This document shows positions 26,747 through 35,941 of a DNA stretch of 60,021 nucleotides, one piece after another (position 1 is the stretch's first letter; each line of letters begins with the position of its first letter). The DNA is from a virus. Its lineage: Duplodnaviria; Caudoviricetes. Position numbers and translations under genes: made by a program. Where the stretch lies: positions 1-60,021 of the IMG/VR virus record IMGVR_UViG_3300021411_000007; one strand, given 5' to 3'. The notes under the pieces were generated by a model that saw nothing but the letters and a program-made list of their open reading frames with translations, made no database searches and was not told where the DNA came from.

Positions 26747-27336
26747 GACGCCTCCTGATCCCAGAGCGTCGGTTGTGGTAGTGGCGCAGGACGACGATAC
26801 ACACCGCTTGGTAAAACCACAGGGCCAAACTCAGAGAAGATATGAGCAAAGAACTGCTCATTCTGTCCAAATTAGATGAAGCAAGTCCCCTGAATATGGT
26901 GATCCATGCTTCCATCAGGCCGATGGAACATAACCCTTGGGCAGGGAAAGCAGATCGAATAATCCCACAGAGGCTGAAACCATGATGCTTCTGTGTTCGA
27001 CATGCAGAGCAGAACAGCCTGCGCTACATTCCCGCGTTTATGCTCTTCAATCAAGCGAGCTGACCATATCGACATGTTGCTCTTGCCATTGACGCTGCCG
27101 TACGGAGGATTGAGCCATAACGGTCCAGCCCAGGGACGCTGCAGCCCATCTTGGTCTTTCGTGTAGATCCTGCTAGCCCGTACGGTCTTGTTTGCTTCTG
27201 GACAGCTAGCAGGATCGAGATAGATTGCTCCCATAACTTTACGAGCTGCCTCTACATAGGGATGAGGAGTGTACCATTCGTTTTTATCGCTTGTTTCCTG
27301 TACAGGTATCTCATCCATCTCAAACAATTTGTTCAT
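26743..27336 (-). pseudogene. Phage Dam-family N6-adenine methyltransferase with premature stop
   Basis: EWYTP, LDPASC, WLNPPY motifs; in-frame TAA at 26872..26874 where the paralogue has Tyr; homology continues to TGA at 26743. Confidence 0.8.
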
Positions 27337-27616
27337 ACAGCTTCCTCCATCGCAACTGGTAACAGCCAGTCGAGAAACGCTAACATCACCTCATAATGTG
27401 CCGACGTTCGTAGCTCAGGACGGCGTGCGACTCATCGCCTACAAATTGCGCTACGTATTTCTTGAGGATCTCATAGTTCATCCACCTGAATGCTGGTATC
27501 GTGCATCCCTGGGCAAACTTGAGAATGGTATCGATGCACTCGGGCTCTAACTCGCGGATCTCAGCTAAACGCGGTTCGTGCGCTATTGCGTCAAGTGCTC
27601 TTTGTCGTGTGATCAT
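27333..27616 (-). pseudogene. Hypothetical gene with apparent frameshift near 27425
   Basis: Alternative frame reads RPELRTSAHYEVMLAFLDWLL..EEAV and ends in an ATGA overlap with the next gene. Confidence 0.55.
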
Positions 27617-27687
27617 TTTGTCTATTTCCTGTAGTCAATGGCTATATGACTTGCTATCCAATGGTGCTACAATTGCCTTCTTCAATC

Positions 27688-27790
27688 CGGTTACGGTTAC
27701 GTTTGTTACGTTTGCTTCCTAGGAAGTTCTCTTAGTCTTTTACGTGAGGCAAAAAGGTAAAAGTAAGTGTAACAAACGTAACCGTAACCG
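27688..27790. repeat. Putative replication origin: perfect 22-bp inverted repeat of GTTAC units
   Basis: CGGTTACGGTTACGTTTGTTAC (27688..27709) and its reverse complement (27769..27790), 3 nt after the primase stop. Confidence 0.7.
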
Positions 27791-27793
27791 CCT

Positions 27794-30106
27794 TTAATCA
27801 ACGGAAATGCGGAGCCCTTCGACTCCCCGTTTTGTCTTTCCTTCAATCTTTCTGATCACTGCTACCTCATATCCCTTTGCTTTCAAGCTCTGAGAGAGAG
27901 CTTTTGGTCCCTTCGGATATTGGATATTGTTGCTTTTACACCATTCAAGGTAACTTGCTACGATTTCTTCATTAGGAGTCCAATATTGCTTATCATCCTT
28001 ACATACCTCTTCAAGCCATTGCTGGATATAGTCCAATTCCTCACGTTGTTTTTGTGTCGTTTCTGCTACTGCTTTAGGAGTGGTTAGCCCTGTAGCCCCT
28101 AGTTTATACCACTTTATAGCCCCTTGCACAGCCCAATAGAGAATAGCCTCTAGCACCTCTGGGCTTTTCAACCGCTCTTTTTTCATTTTGTCTTCATTCC
28201 CTAGGAAGCTGTTAGGGAATTCGATCACACGCACGCGGCCCCACAAAGCGTCATCCTCTGGGTCGCCATTTACGGGGTGGTTACTCATCATCCACACTTT
28301 GAACTGAGGGCGATAGCTGAAGAAGTCCTTATGCTTGAAGCATGCCCTGACCTGGTCTCCCCCAGTGAGTTGCTTGATCTTGGCAGGATTGAGCGACTGC
28401 GAGCGGTTCGACTCACTGGCGAAGATCATTCGACTAGGCTTGAGTGGCGCTAGATCGAAGTTGCTGACATCGCCCTCACGTTTAGCTGTGAAGGAATTGA
28501 AGTCAACCATGGTAGAAATTGGATCAGGCAAGAGGCGCATAAATATTTCTGCTAGCGTGCCCTTGCCACTTCTGGGAGGTCCGTAGAGGTAGAACAATAT
28601 TTCTTCTCTGGTATGACCAGTCAGGCTATAGCCCAGGGCCATTTGCAGGTAGTCAATGACCTCTTGACCACCACCTATCACACCTTGAAGATATTCAAGC
28701 AACTCGGCGGAATGACTCTGCGTGTGAGCAACTGACACGCAATAGGTAAATCTTTGCTCCCTACTATGTGGGGTAACATCGCCAGTGCGAAGATCCACCA
28801 CGCCATTTTTACAGTTGATCAGGTCAGGATTTCTATCGAATTGGTCAATACCCACACTGACCAGTGTCTTAAAGCGGTTGACGGCACCAGAAACCCGCTT
28901 TTCATCCCCTTTTGTGCATTTGACGATTGCTTCCCTGTCCAGTTTTACAGCAGCATGACGTCTGGTACGCAGTGTCTTTACTGCATACTGCTTGACTTCA
29001 GCACCTTCTGTATCCAATTCCCAATGAGTACCTGTGTACTTAAACCAGCCTCTGGCCGAACAATAGAGAAATTCTTGACCATAGAGTGCATGTAAAGCGT
29101 CTCCATTGCCAGCATCGTCGTCGGTAAATCCGCATAATTCTTCTGCTGTGACTTTTTTCTTCTCTGGTGGTGGTTCCTTGTGCCCATTCCCATTATTTTC
29201 TGGAGGTGGCTCGTCTTGAGGCGCGTAGTCCTTCCATGTAGATCGTGTGCTTGGAGGCGCGTTCCTAGGTTTCAGTATCCCCTTCTCAATCCCGCTGCGC
29301 ATGGTGGTTTGAATTTCCCGCTCAGGTAGCCCCACGCCTTGCGCAGCCGCTCCAAGCTCTTGCTCGACATAGGATCTATGGCTCAATTCGCCGCCTGACA
29401 GGAGCTGGCCGAGTGCATAGGCCGAGCGATTGAGTTGCGTATTCCTGTTACCGTTCCCTGCCATAGCCATGGTAAGCAACTCACTCTGCAAGGCACTAAG
29501 GCCATAGGGCGTACCGTAGGGGCTATCAGAAGAGGGACGAGGTAGAGGATCGGTCGTCCTTGTCTGCTTTTTCGATGATGCTCTATTCTCGCTTATTTCA
29601 TTGTAGAGAGCAAATATCTCTTCTTGTCTGTCCTCTATAGTATCAGGTGTTCCAGGGACATGTTTCCCTGTCACCGTAAAATACTTGAGATGATCGTACA
29701 TCTCAACACGTGGGTTTTCATTCTCCCTGCCTAGGAAGTTAGCAGGGATAGCGCCACGAACCCAAATGTGGACACCCGTTCCACTAGGGGAATACTCAGT
29801 GTAGCTATTGAGGCGTTCAATGATGTCCCAAGCTTCCTCAGTAAATGCATCATCAATGATGCATTTATCAAGGTCGATTCCGGTTATGCCCTGCTCTTTG
29901 ACGAATTCGAAGCCGATCCCAGCATACCAGTCTCTATTGCTGTCCCAGGTCTCTATTGCTAGCTCGTAGCTTGACCAGGACTCCGGATCGTTGCAGTCGG
30001 CACCCTTGCCTGTATGGGGATTGAGAGGGACTTTACTCTTGTGTGAATAACAGACCCATTGGGGGAATTGTTTGAGGTCTCTGAGACGTTTTACATCCAT
30101 GAGCAT
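27794..30106 (-). CDS. Primase-polymerase / D5-P4-type SF3 helicase fusion
   Basis: 'GIDLDKC', 'TEYSPSGTGVH'; D5_N 'LINCKNGVVDL'; Walker A 'GPPRSGKGT'; 'IKQLTGGD'. Confidence 0.92.
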   Translation of the reverse strand: MLMDVKRLRDLKQFPQWVCYSHKSKVPLNPHTGKGADCNDPESWSSYELAIETWDSNRDWYAGIGFEFVKEQGITGIDLDKCIIDDAFTEEAWDIIERLNSYTEYSPSGTGVHIWVRGAIPANFLGRENENPRVEMYDHLKYFTVTGKHVPGTPDTIEDRQEEIFALYNEISENRASSKKQTRTTDPLPRPSSDSPYGTPYGLSALQSELLTMAMAGNGNRNTQLNRSAYALGQLLSGGELSHRSYVEQELGAAAQGVGLPEREIQTTMRSGIEKGILKPRNAPPSTRSTWKDYAPQDEPPPENNGNGHKEPPPEKKKVTAEELCGFTDDDAGNGDALHALYGQEFLYCSARGWFKYTGTHWELDTEGAEVKQYAVKTLRTRRHAAVKLDREAIVKCTKGDEKRVSGAVNRFKTLVSVGIDQFDRNPDLINCKNGVVDLRTGDVTPHSREQRFTYCVSVAHTQSHSAELLEYLQGVIGGGQEVIDYLQMALGYSLTGHTREEILFYLYGPPRSGKGTLAEIFMRLLPDPISTMVDFNSFTAKREGDVSNFDLAPLKPSRMIFASESNRSQSLNPAKIKQLTGGDQVRACFKHKDFFSYRPQFKVWMMSNHPVNGDPEDDALWGRVRVIEFPNSFLGNEDKMKKERLKSPEVLEAILYWAVQGAIKWYKLGATGLTTPKAVAETTQKQREELDYIQQWLEEVCKDDKQYWTPNEEIVASYLEWCKSNNIQYPKGPKALSQSLKAKGYEVAVIRKIEGKTKRGVEGLRISVD

Positions 30107-30147
30107 ACACGCTTTCTATGCATACCCATATCTAGATACAGCAGACC

Positions 30148-30177
30148 TTGCCAAAATATAAATGTCTGCTGTATACT
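30148..30177 (+). promoter_or_regulatory. Antisense promoter within the primase leader
   Basis: TTGCCA-N18-TATACT, overlapping an 11-bp inverted repeat (30136..30146 / 30164..30174). Confidence 0.55.
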
Positions 30178-30183
30178 TGAGAT

Positions 30184-30299
30184 GGGCAGGGACTTCCAAG
30201 GGCTGCTTCTTCTAGGGTTCCAATCTGTCAGAAGTAGCCTAACTGCTACAAAGAAAATTTTTATTGTCCTATGCCAGCACGACGCTGGCTTTATTTTTT
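30184..30299 (+). ncRNA. Putative counter-transcribed (antisense) RNA to the primase leader
   Basis: Promoter upstream, 11-bp stem 30200..30240, terminator GCCAGC-N5-GCTGGC plus T-tract at 30273..30299. Confidence 0.55.
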
Positions 30300-30473
30300 G
30301 TCTTCTTCCCTGTCGATGTACTCTCTCAGATCCTCTTGTTTCACTTTCCAGTTCCTGCCAATCTTCTTGGACTTTATCTCCCCACGTTTGCACATCTCTC
30401 TGGCAGTGTACTCGGATATTCGGAGGATGCGAGCTACGTCTTCGATTGTAAGCAATTCTTCCACAGCGATCAT
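30291..30473 (-). CDS. Small HTH_17 DNA-binding protein (cop/excisionase-like)
   Basis: 'LLTIEDVARILRISEYTAREMCKRGEIKSKKIGRNWKV'. Confidence 0.8.
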   Translation of the reverse strand: MIAVEELLTIEDVARILRISEYTAREMCKRGEIKSKKIGRNWKVKQEDLREYIDREEDKK

Positions 30474-30502
30474 AATATCTCTCCTTTCCTAAGTCTCGCC
30501 AC

Positions 30503-30531
30503 ATCATACCATACTGCTCGGGACAAATCAA
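30503..30531 (-). promoter_or_regulatory. Promoter for HTH-primase operon
   Basis: TTGATT-N17-TATGAT with TGn extension. Confidence 0.55.
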
Positions 30532-30745
30532 CACCATTCGTGTGATGCTCGTATAGTAGCTAAGCTCGCAATTGTGCGTAGCAATTCCTTGTGTAACATT
30601 CCTAGAACGTGTGTTCATGCTTGTTGACTCTCTTTCCACATTTGAATGATATACAGGACATATAGTGGATTATTGATGCAAAGATCCCTAAAATACCTAT
30701 CATGTGAAACGAATTGTATAGTCAGGTCTGCGCCTGTTGTGTAGT

Positions 30746-30931
30746 TCATGTCGTTGTCTCCTTTGTGCTCATAGCACGCTCACGTATACTGCGCAGATAT
30801 TTCCCGACTGTCCCAGGTGAGATGCCGAGCTGAGCGGCTATTTTGTCGTTCGTCAATCCGCTCTCACGTAGAGCTTTCACCTCAATCTCTCTAGGTGAGA
30901 GTAGCGTCTTGTCTGGTTTCTTGCTACCCAT
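30746..30931 (-). CDS. LuxR-type HTH protein
   Basis: 'LSPREIEV.....GLTNDKIAAQLGISPGTV'. Confidence 0.8.
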   Translation of the reverse strand: MGSKKPDKTLLSPREIEVKALRESGLTNDKIAAQLGISPGTVGKYLRSIRERAMSTKETTT

Positions 30932-31157
30932 GTCGTCGTCCTTTCTGTGTCTGTACCCAATCGATCAGTCGGCAGTAGTGGCATATCCGTTGCTCAACTG
31001 AATGGCAACCATGCCAATAGCAAATAGGGGTCTCACACTTCGCACATGTGCCTTCTGCTTTTCGCGTGCAAAGTGTCTTCTTGCAGGCAGGGACTTGATA
31101 GTCGAGCATGGATGTGCCGTTGTAGATCAAATAGCGTTTAGTTATGCTCTCGTTCAT
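30924..31157 (-). CDS. Cys-rich Zn-finger protein
   Basis: CxxC/CxxH clusters. Confidence 0.5.
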   Translation of the reverse strand: MNESITKRYLIYNGTSMLDYQVPACKKTLCTRKAEGTCAKCETPICYWHGCHSVEQRICHYCRLIDWVQTQKGRRHG

Positions 31158-31410
31158 CTTTCTCCTTTATCTGAGCTTGGCATAGAGAAATAATATCCTC
31201 AAAAGCTGTCTTAATCTCATGATCTTCTATTTTATGGTTGTACCTCATTCGATAGGAGAGTGAGTTTCGTTGAGCCTCTGCGATGAAGAGGACGCGACGG
31301 GCCATCTCTTCTATGCTGTCTATGGGCCCTCTCACCTCTGGATAGGCTTCGCAGTAGCCACAAGAGATCATGTCGCTTTCAGGGTATCCGCAGCTGGGAC
31401 AGCAGTCCAT
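31138..31410 (-). CDS. Zn-finger hypothetical protein
   Basis: Likely start MDCCPSCG. Confidence 0.5.
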   Translation of the reverse strand: MDCCPSCGYPESDMISCGYCEAYPEVRGPIDSIEEMARRVLFIAEAQRNSLSYRMRYNHKIEDHEIKTAFEDIISLCQAQIKEKDEREHN

Positions 31411-31682
31411 TATCTTTTCCTCTTTTTGTCGATGGCGATAATACCCTGTGTATCCATGTCGCTGATTGCTACGCATTTCTCAGTTTCTAGCGTCGAGAAC
31501 TCATATCGATTGAGTTGTTCGATGATGCTGTTCCCAGCGGTGTTGATAGCAATGAGCTGCTTCACAACGTCATACCTATGTTGGTCGCTATGAGAGGCAA
31601 TATAGCGACCAACACGCTCTTTGATGCCTTGTGACTGCTCTGCAAGCTTTTGAGCTAGAAATAGCATTTCTTGTTCGTTCAT
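31410..31682 (-). CDS. Hypothetical protein
   Basis: GAAAGG RBS. Confidence 0.5.
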   Translation of the reverse strand: MNEQEMLFLAQKLAEQSQGIKERVGRYIASHSDQHRYDVVKQLIAINTAGNSIIEQLNRYEFSTLETEKCVAISDMDTQGIIAIDKKRKR

Positions 31683-31691
31683 GATGTCCTT

Positions 31692-32054
31692 TCAATGTGC
31701 AGGATAGTTGATGTTGCTTGTAGACGCTACTACGGGCGTTTTTATCGGGGATTGTTGTGGTGGCTGCTTTGCTTTCTGCTCTTCGAGATAAGCAGGATAT
31801 GCGGTGAGGGCGCAACTATTGGTTTGTGCGACTTTCTCTAATCTCGACTTACAAGCATTAATGTGGAATTGCGCTACTTCCACCGTCATAGCTGTAAATT
31901 CGTCTCTACCAAAGGCGATTGTGTCATTCCAGTAGCGCGTGCCAAATTGCTTCTCAACACGCAACGACACCATAAAGCGCAAGAGATGCGAAAATGTGCT
32001 GTCAAGATGTAGTCCTGACTGCTTAATCATGTGCTCAAATTGCTTGATCTCCAT
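31692..32054 (-). CDS. Hypothetical protein
   Basis: Likely start MEIKQF. Confidence 0.5.
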   Translation of the reverse strand: MEIKQFEHMIKQSGLHLDSTFSHLLRFMVSLRVEKQFGTRYWNDTIAFGRDEFTAMTVEVAQFHINACKSRLEKVAQTNSCALTAYPAYLEEQKAKQPPQQSPIKTPVVASTSNINYPAH

Positions 32055-32592
32055 CGTTGTGACCTTCTTCTGTTGTTGCCAAATGCTTGAAGGTGACACG
32101 GTACAATTCGTCGTCTACATGTTTATGTATATGGATCATGCCTGCTTTTTCAAGATGCGAAACAAGCTCTACAACGTTTTGATCTTCAGCAGTCAGGAAC
32201 AATCCTAGATGTTGGTAGAACTGCCCTTTTACAAGCAGTACTGCATATTGGAAGTACGACTTGCATCCTGAGCAGTCATTTTGAAAGAAGTGCTGCTCGA
32301 GAGCACGGTAGAATGCTCGCGCCTGTACCATCTTGATGCCTCTCAACGCGCTACTGATCTCTTTAGGTGGTACGCCTTTCTGCTCTTGCTCAACACCATA
32401 GCCTTTGTATCGTGCATACACGACTACCTCTTCTCTTGTTGACACTTCCGCTTTACGAAGGATAAGGGGTAAGTACTCACTAACTAAGATACTCTCTTTA
32501 ATATGCATCCTCATAGCACATTCTTTGTCAGAGTATCCTAGTGCTATGAGCTGCATGTATTTCTCGTCAGAGAATGGTATGTTGACTGCCAT
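32035..32592 (-). CDS. Divergent LuxR-like HTH fused to winged-helix-like domain
   Basis: 'LIALGYSDKECA..M.I.E......ILRK..V.TR'. Confidence 0.55.
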   Translation of the reverse strand: MAVNIPFSDEKYMQLIALGYSDKECAMRMHIKESILVSEYLPLILRKAEVSTREEVVVYARYKGYGVEQEQKGVPPKEISSALRGIKMVQARAFYRALEQHFFQNDCSGCKSYFQYAVLLVKGQFYQHLGLFLTAEDQNVVELVSHLEKAGMIHIHKHVDDELYRVTFKHLATTEEGHNDGDQAI

Positions 32593-32611
32593 GGGAATTC
32601 CTCTACTTCGA

Positions 32612-33133
32612 CTAATGAACGCAAATAATGATGTCGGTTGATGTATCACCGTAGACACACACGTCTATTTCGCGTGTGGCATTAGCTATACCAACAAATG
32701 GTATTTTACCATTGAAGTTGCCATGTACTTCTATCACATCTCCTGATAGAATACAGTACATTTTGTAGGATATGCGTACCTGGAGTGGGTCTATCCTGCA
32801 CATGCTCTGATGCGCCTCTATACCCGTTCGACATGCAGAGAGGACACTTTGACCGGGATAGGGCGCATATTTTGTTTGGACCTCACCAGAGGAATGGCGC
32901 TTAACGATTGGATGGGGCTGTGTTGGTCTGTCTGCAGGATGAAAGTGCGAGCGGCCTGGGCCACTGATAGCCTCGTTTGCGTCCTGCTGATTTGGATCGT
33001 CTTCAATCTCTTGCGAACGCCGTTCATAGCGTTCGCAGTACTCTTTGAACTGCTCATCAGTCAGGACAGAGTGAGGTGTCCTGATGGCAGGGTCCGTGTG
33101 GTTTGCTGGCCTTGAATCATCGGGTCCTCTCAT
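32612..33133 (-). CDS. Hypothetical protein
   Basis: GAAGGA RBS, 173 aa. Confidence 0.5.
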   Translation of the reverse strand: MRGPDDSRPANHTDPAIRTPHSVLTDEQFKEYCERYERRSQEIEDDPNQQDANEAISGPGRSHFHPADRPTQPHPIVKRHSSGEVQTKYAPYPGQSVLSACRTGIEAHQSMCRIDPLQVRISYKMYCILSGDVIEVHGNFNGKIPFVGIANATREIDVCVYGDTSTDIIICVH

Positions 33134-33260
33134 AATTTTGATCCTTCATATGAAGAGGGACAATCTCTACTATTGTGAAACGAAATATATGACAAAATCG
33201 ATGTATCTATTAGGACATCTTGAAAATATGATGTATCATTAGAGTGATACCATCTCATCC

Positions 33261-33285
33261 ATAATATGTCAGGATGACATATTAT
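33261..33285. promoter_or_regulatory. Palindromic operator between divergent genes
   Basis: ATAATATGTCA-GGA-TGACATATTAT. Confidence 0.55.
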
Positions 33286-33895
33286 GATAGAGGCTTATCA
33301 TATGCTTGAGAATGAACGGTTGTCAAGGAAGAAATGCTCATTTCATCAGAGGAGGCATGAATTGAACGGAGAGCACGAACAAGCCCTATATAAGTCTGAG
33401 ATTATCTGCGATAGAGCACACATTCTTTTCGGACTTATTCTGAGGCTCTTGTGCCAGCGGGCCAACGTTACACAAGACGAACTAGAAGAGAGAGGAAAAG
33501 CGTATAGAGACTATTTGTTTATTCAAGGCTATATTAAACCTGGGCACGTGTTAGGCAGCCTCGATCAAACGATCATATCACGTGTGGTAAGCGGTGAAAG
33601 GCGTCCTTCGTATGATCAAGTAGCGATTTGGCTCAAAGTCCTAGAAGACACATATAAAAGCGATGCATATAAGAATGAGAGAAAGCGGCGAGGCTTGACA
33701 ATTTATAATTTGTCTACGGATCTCAAAAGGGATCTGTATCATCTGGCAGGCTTCGGAGCGCCAGACGAGATTGTAGCAGCCTTTGAGAAGTTGGCACTCA
33801 TGCCAACAGAGCCACGCAGTCGAGGGACTTCTAGCAAGCGAACGAATGGCAATGGCAATTATGTAGGGAATCCAGTACCACAAGAGGAGATTTAG
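33284..33895 (+). CDS. XRE-like HTH regulator with insertion
   Basis: 'FG.ILR.L...ANVTQDEL...QTIISRVVSGERRPS'. Confidence 0.65.
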   Translation: MIEAYHMLENERLSRKKCSFHQRRHELNGEHEQALYKSEIICDRAHILFGLILRLLCQRANVTQDELEERGKAYRDYLFIQGYIKPGHVLGSLDQTIISRVVSGERRPSYDQVAIWLKVLEDTYKSDAYKNERKRRGLTIYNLSTDLKRDLYHLAGFGAPDEIVAAFEKLALMPTEPRSRGTSSKRTNGNGNYVGNPVPQEEI

Positions 33896-34095
33896 AAATT
33901 GAAAAGGTCTTTGACTTGGATATCCAATGCTTGGGCGATCCTCTCAAGTCGGTCAAATTCGGGAGCGACTTCTGCATGTTCCCATCGATACACAGTGTAT
34001 GCCGATACGCCGACTTTTTCGGCAAATCTTTCTTGAGAGAGGTTCTTGTCTTTCCGCAGCTTCCTAATACGGTTGCCAAATAAGTCTCTAAGCAT
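33892..34095 (-). CDS. XRE-family HTH regulator
   Basis: 'FGNRIRKLRKDKNLSQERFAEKVGVS..TVYRWE'. Confidence 0.9.
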   Translation of the reverse strand: MLRDLFGNRIRKLRKDKNLSQERFAEKVGVSAYTVYRWEHAEVAPEFDRLERIAQALDIQVKDLFNF

Positions 34096-34271
34096 ATAGC
34101 ACCTTTAAATACGTTTGGTGCTAAATCTATCCCCTTTTTGTCTCTCTTTCCACCACGTCTATGTTGGGATTTTTCTCCCCAAGGTCTTAGACCTGTCTGT
34201 TATTATTCCCGTTCCCACACGTTTTGATATATGCGCATATTTTTACATGCATCAAAATAGGAGAAAATAGT

Positions 34272-34796
34272 ATGAAACGTTTCATTCCGCTATTTGCATT
34301 GTGTATCGCCGTCGGGGCCTTGCTAGCCTGCGGCGAGTCGAATGCTGGTACGAAGGCAGGCACATCTAGCGACACTGCTACCAGCACCAAAGCAGTCGCA
34401 CCTACTCAGCACTTCAAAGTTGGAGATGTTGTGAATGTCGGCTCTACTTGGCAGGTGACCATTAGCAATGTTCGCACCGTGTCACCGGGCCAGTATGACA
34501 GCATTAAGCCAGGGGATAGCTATCTTGGTATTGATGTCAATTTCAAGAATATCTCAGATAAAGAGGCCAGCCTTTATGGCAATGCTGACTGGACGCTCAA
34601 AGATACATCGGGTCAGAAATACGATAATGCTTATGTCTCGAGCTTCCCTAATGCGCCTGATGGCAAAGTTGAGGCAGGGGACCCCGCGAAGGGCTCGATC
34701 ATTTTTGAAGTTCCAAGCGCCACACATGACTTTCGTCTGGCATACGAGCAAACCATGTTTGAGTCAGGCCAGACTATTTGGGACTTGTCCGTCTAG
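34272..34796 (+). CDS. DUF4352-like lipoprotein (possible superinfection exclusion)
   Basis: Lipobox LLAC; 'HFKVGDVV', 'LKDTSGQKY', 'G.VEAGD.AKG.I.FEVP'. Confidence 0.75.
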   Translation: MKRFIPLFALCIAVGALLACGESNAGTKAGTSSDTATSTKAVAPTQHFKVGDVVNVGSTWQVTISNVRTVSPGQYDSIKPGDSYLGIDVNFKNISDKEASLYGNADWTLKDTSGQKYDNAYVSSFPNAPDGKVEAGDPAKGSIIFEVPSATHDFRLAYEQTMFESGQTIWDLSV

Positions 34797-34850
34797 TGTG
34801 CTATACTAGGGCCACCACCGTACAAGGGTAGCAATCCAATGGGCTACGAA

Positions 34851-34890
34851 GCAAAAAGAGACCGTGTTTTTACGCATGGTCTCTTTTTGC
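34851..34890. terminator. Bidirectional intrinsic terminator
   Basis: GCAAAAAGAGACC/GGTCTCTTTTTGC. Confidence 0.8.
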
Positions 34891-34896
34891 TGTGTC

Positions 34897-35730
34897 TTAT
34901 TTCTTGTGTAATTTCTGCCATTCTGTATACGCTTTTTTGTGTTCCATGCAAAAACCTATGCCAGATGCTTCCACCTCAATGATAAAATTCTTGCTTTCTC
35001 CTACTGGCTCTAATTCTGTAAATCCTATGTGTCTCATGAGATTTATGCCGTCAGGCATGTCTGAACGAGCTGCAATATATTTGATAGGTATTCCCCTTTT
35101 CCCTAAGTTAGTAACATGTTTAAAAAACCCTCTAACAATACTGCTCCCCCACTTTCTCCTATTTGTATTTCCTATGCCTATATCGTCGCTGGCCATGCTG
35201 AGCAGGAAAAGGTTAGCAGGTTTACCTACTTCAAAGGGCAGTACATCCTCAATATCGATAACTCCAAAGTTCTGGTCTCTGTCTAGATTGAGCAACCACC
35301 ACAATTTTTCTTCTGAAAGAGGCAAGATGAAAATACAGCCAACTACCCTACCATGGCTCCGGACGACAAAAACAGACTCGGCGTTTCTTTCGATCCAAGC
35401 ATTGCGTTTAGCTGAGGTATCTCCACCTTTCCAAATTTTGATGATAAGCTGTACTATTTCTGGCATGTCATCAGGCGTGGCCACATCAAAATGAGCACCT
35501 GGGAGTGTTGGATTTCCTAGTGCGAGGGCTTCCTGATTCCATTTGTTTACGAGTGCATTTACATCGGCTTCCCTGTAAAAACCAACCTTGCTACCTGCAG
35601 GTACCCAGTGCTCTATTTTCCCCTCTTCCTTTCCTGCAAGTGTTCGCAGTTTCCCATCTGTGATATTTCCAAGTCTCTTTTTTGTTTCACTGGCTGTCAT
35701 CCATCCATCTGGCGGTTGTCCTCTAGTCAT
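34897..35730 (-). CDS. MerR-like HTH fused to GNAT-like domain (putative sensor-repressor)
   Basis: N-terminal 'MTASET..RLG.IT...LR..FYREADV'; GNAT-like 'ATPDDMPEI', 'VVGCIFILP', 'GINLMRHIGF'. Confidence 0.65.
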   Translation of the reverse strand: MTRGQPPDGWMTASETKKRLGNITDGKLRTLAGKEEGKIEHWVPAGSKVGFYREADVNALVNKWNQEALALGNPTLPGAHFDVATPDDMPEIVQLIIKIWKGGDTSAKRNAWIERNAESVFVVRSHGRVVGCIFILPLSEEKLWWLLNLDRDQNFGVIDIEDVLPFEVGKPANLFLLSMASDDIGIGNTNRRKWGSSIVRGFFKHVTNLGKRGIPIKYIAARSDMPDGINLMRHIGFTELEPVGESKNFIIEVEASGIGFCMEHKKAYTEWQKLHKK

Positions 35731-35828
35731 TGTCTATTCTCCTTAATTTTTATAGAGAGACTTTACTCCTTTCAGCCAAAACTTTCAACGGTTTAACGTA
35801 TCTGATTTAGCCTGTTTGATTTTGCCTC

Positions 35829-35877
35829 TTGACTATTTTATTGTAACATTGTATTCTATCATTAATCAATGTTACAA
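35829..35877 (+). promoter_or_regulatory. Promoter with overlapping operator
   Basis: TTGACT-N17-TATTCT; perfect inverted repeat TTGTAACATTG-N15-CAATGTTACAA. Confidence 0.7.
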
Positions 35878-35941
35878 ACATTGAAATGTTAAACCATTTT
35901 ATTGACAGTTCCCTACCAAGGGAGGAAGGAAATTCTATCTC

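Noticed and set aside
26872-26874. Stop-codon reassignment explaining the in-frame TAA
   Set aside because: TAA, TAG and TGA all end many intact genes normally, and no suppressor tRNA is present.
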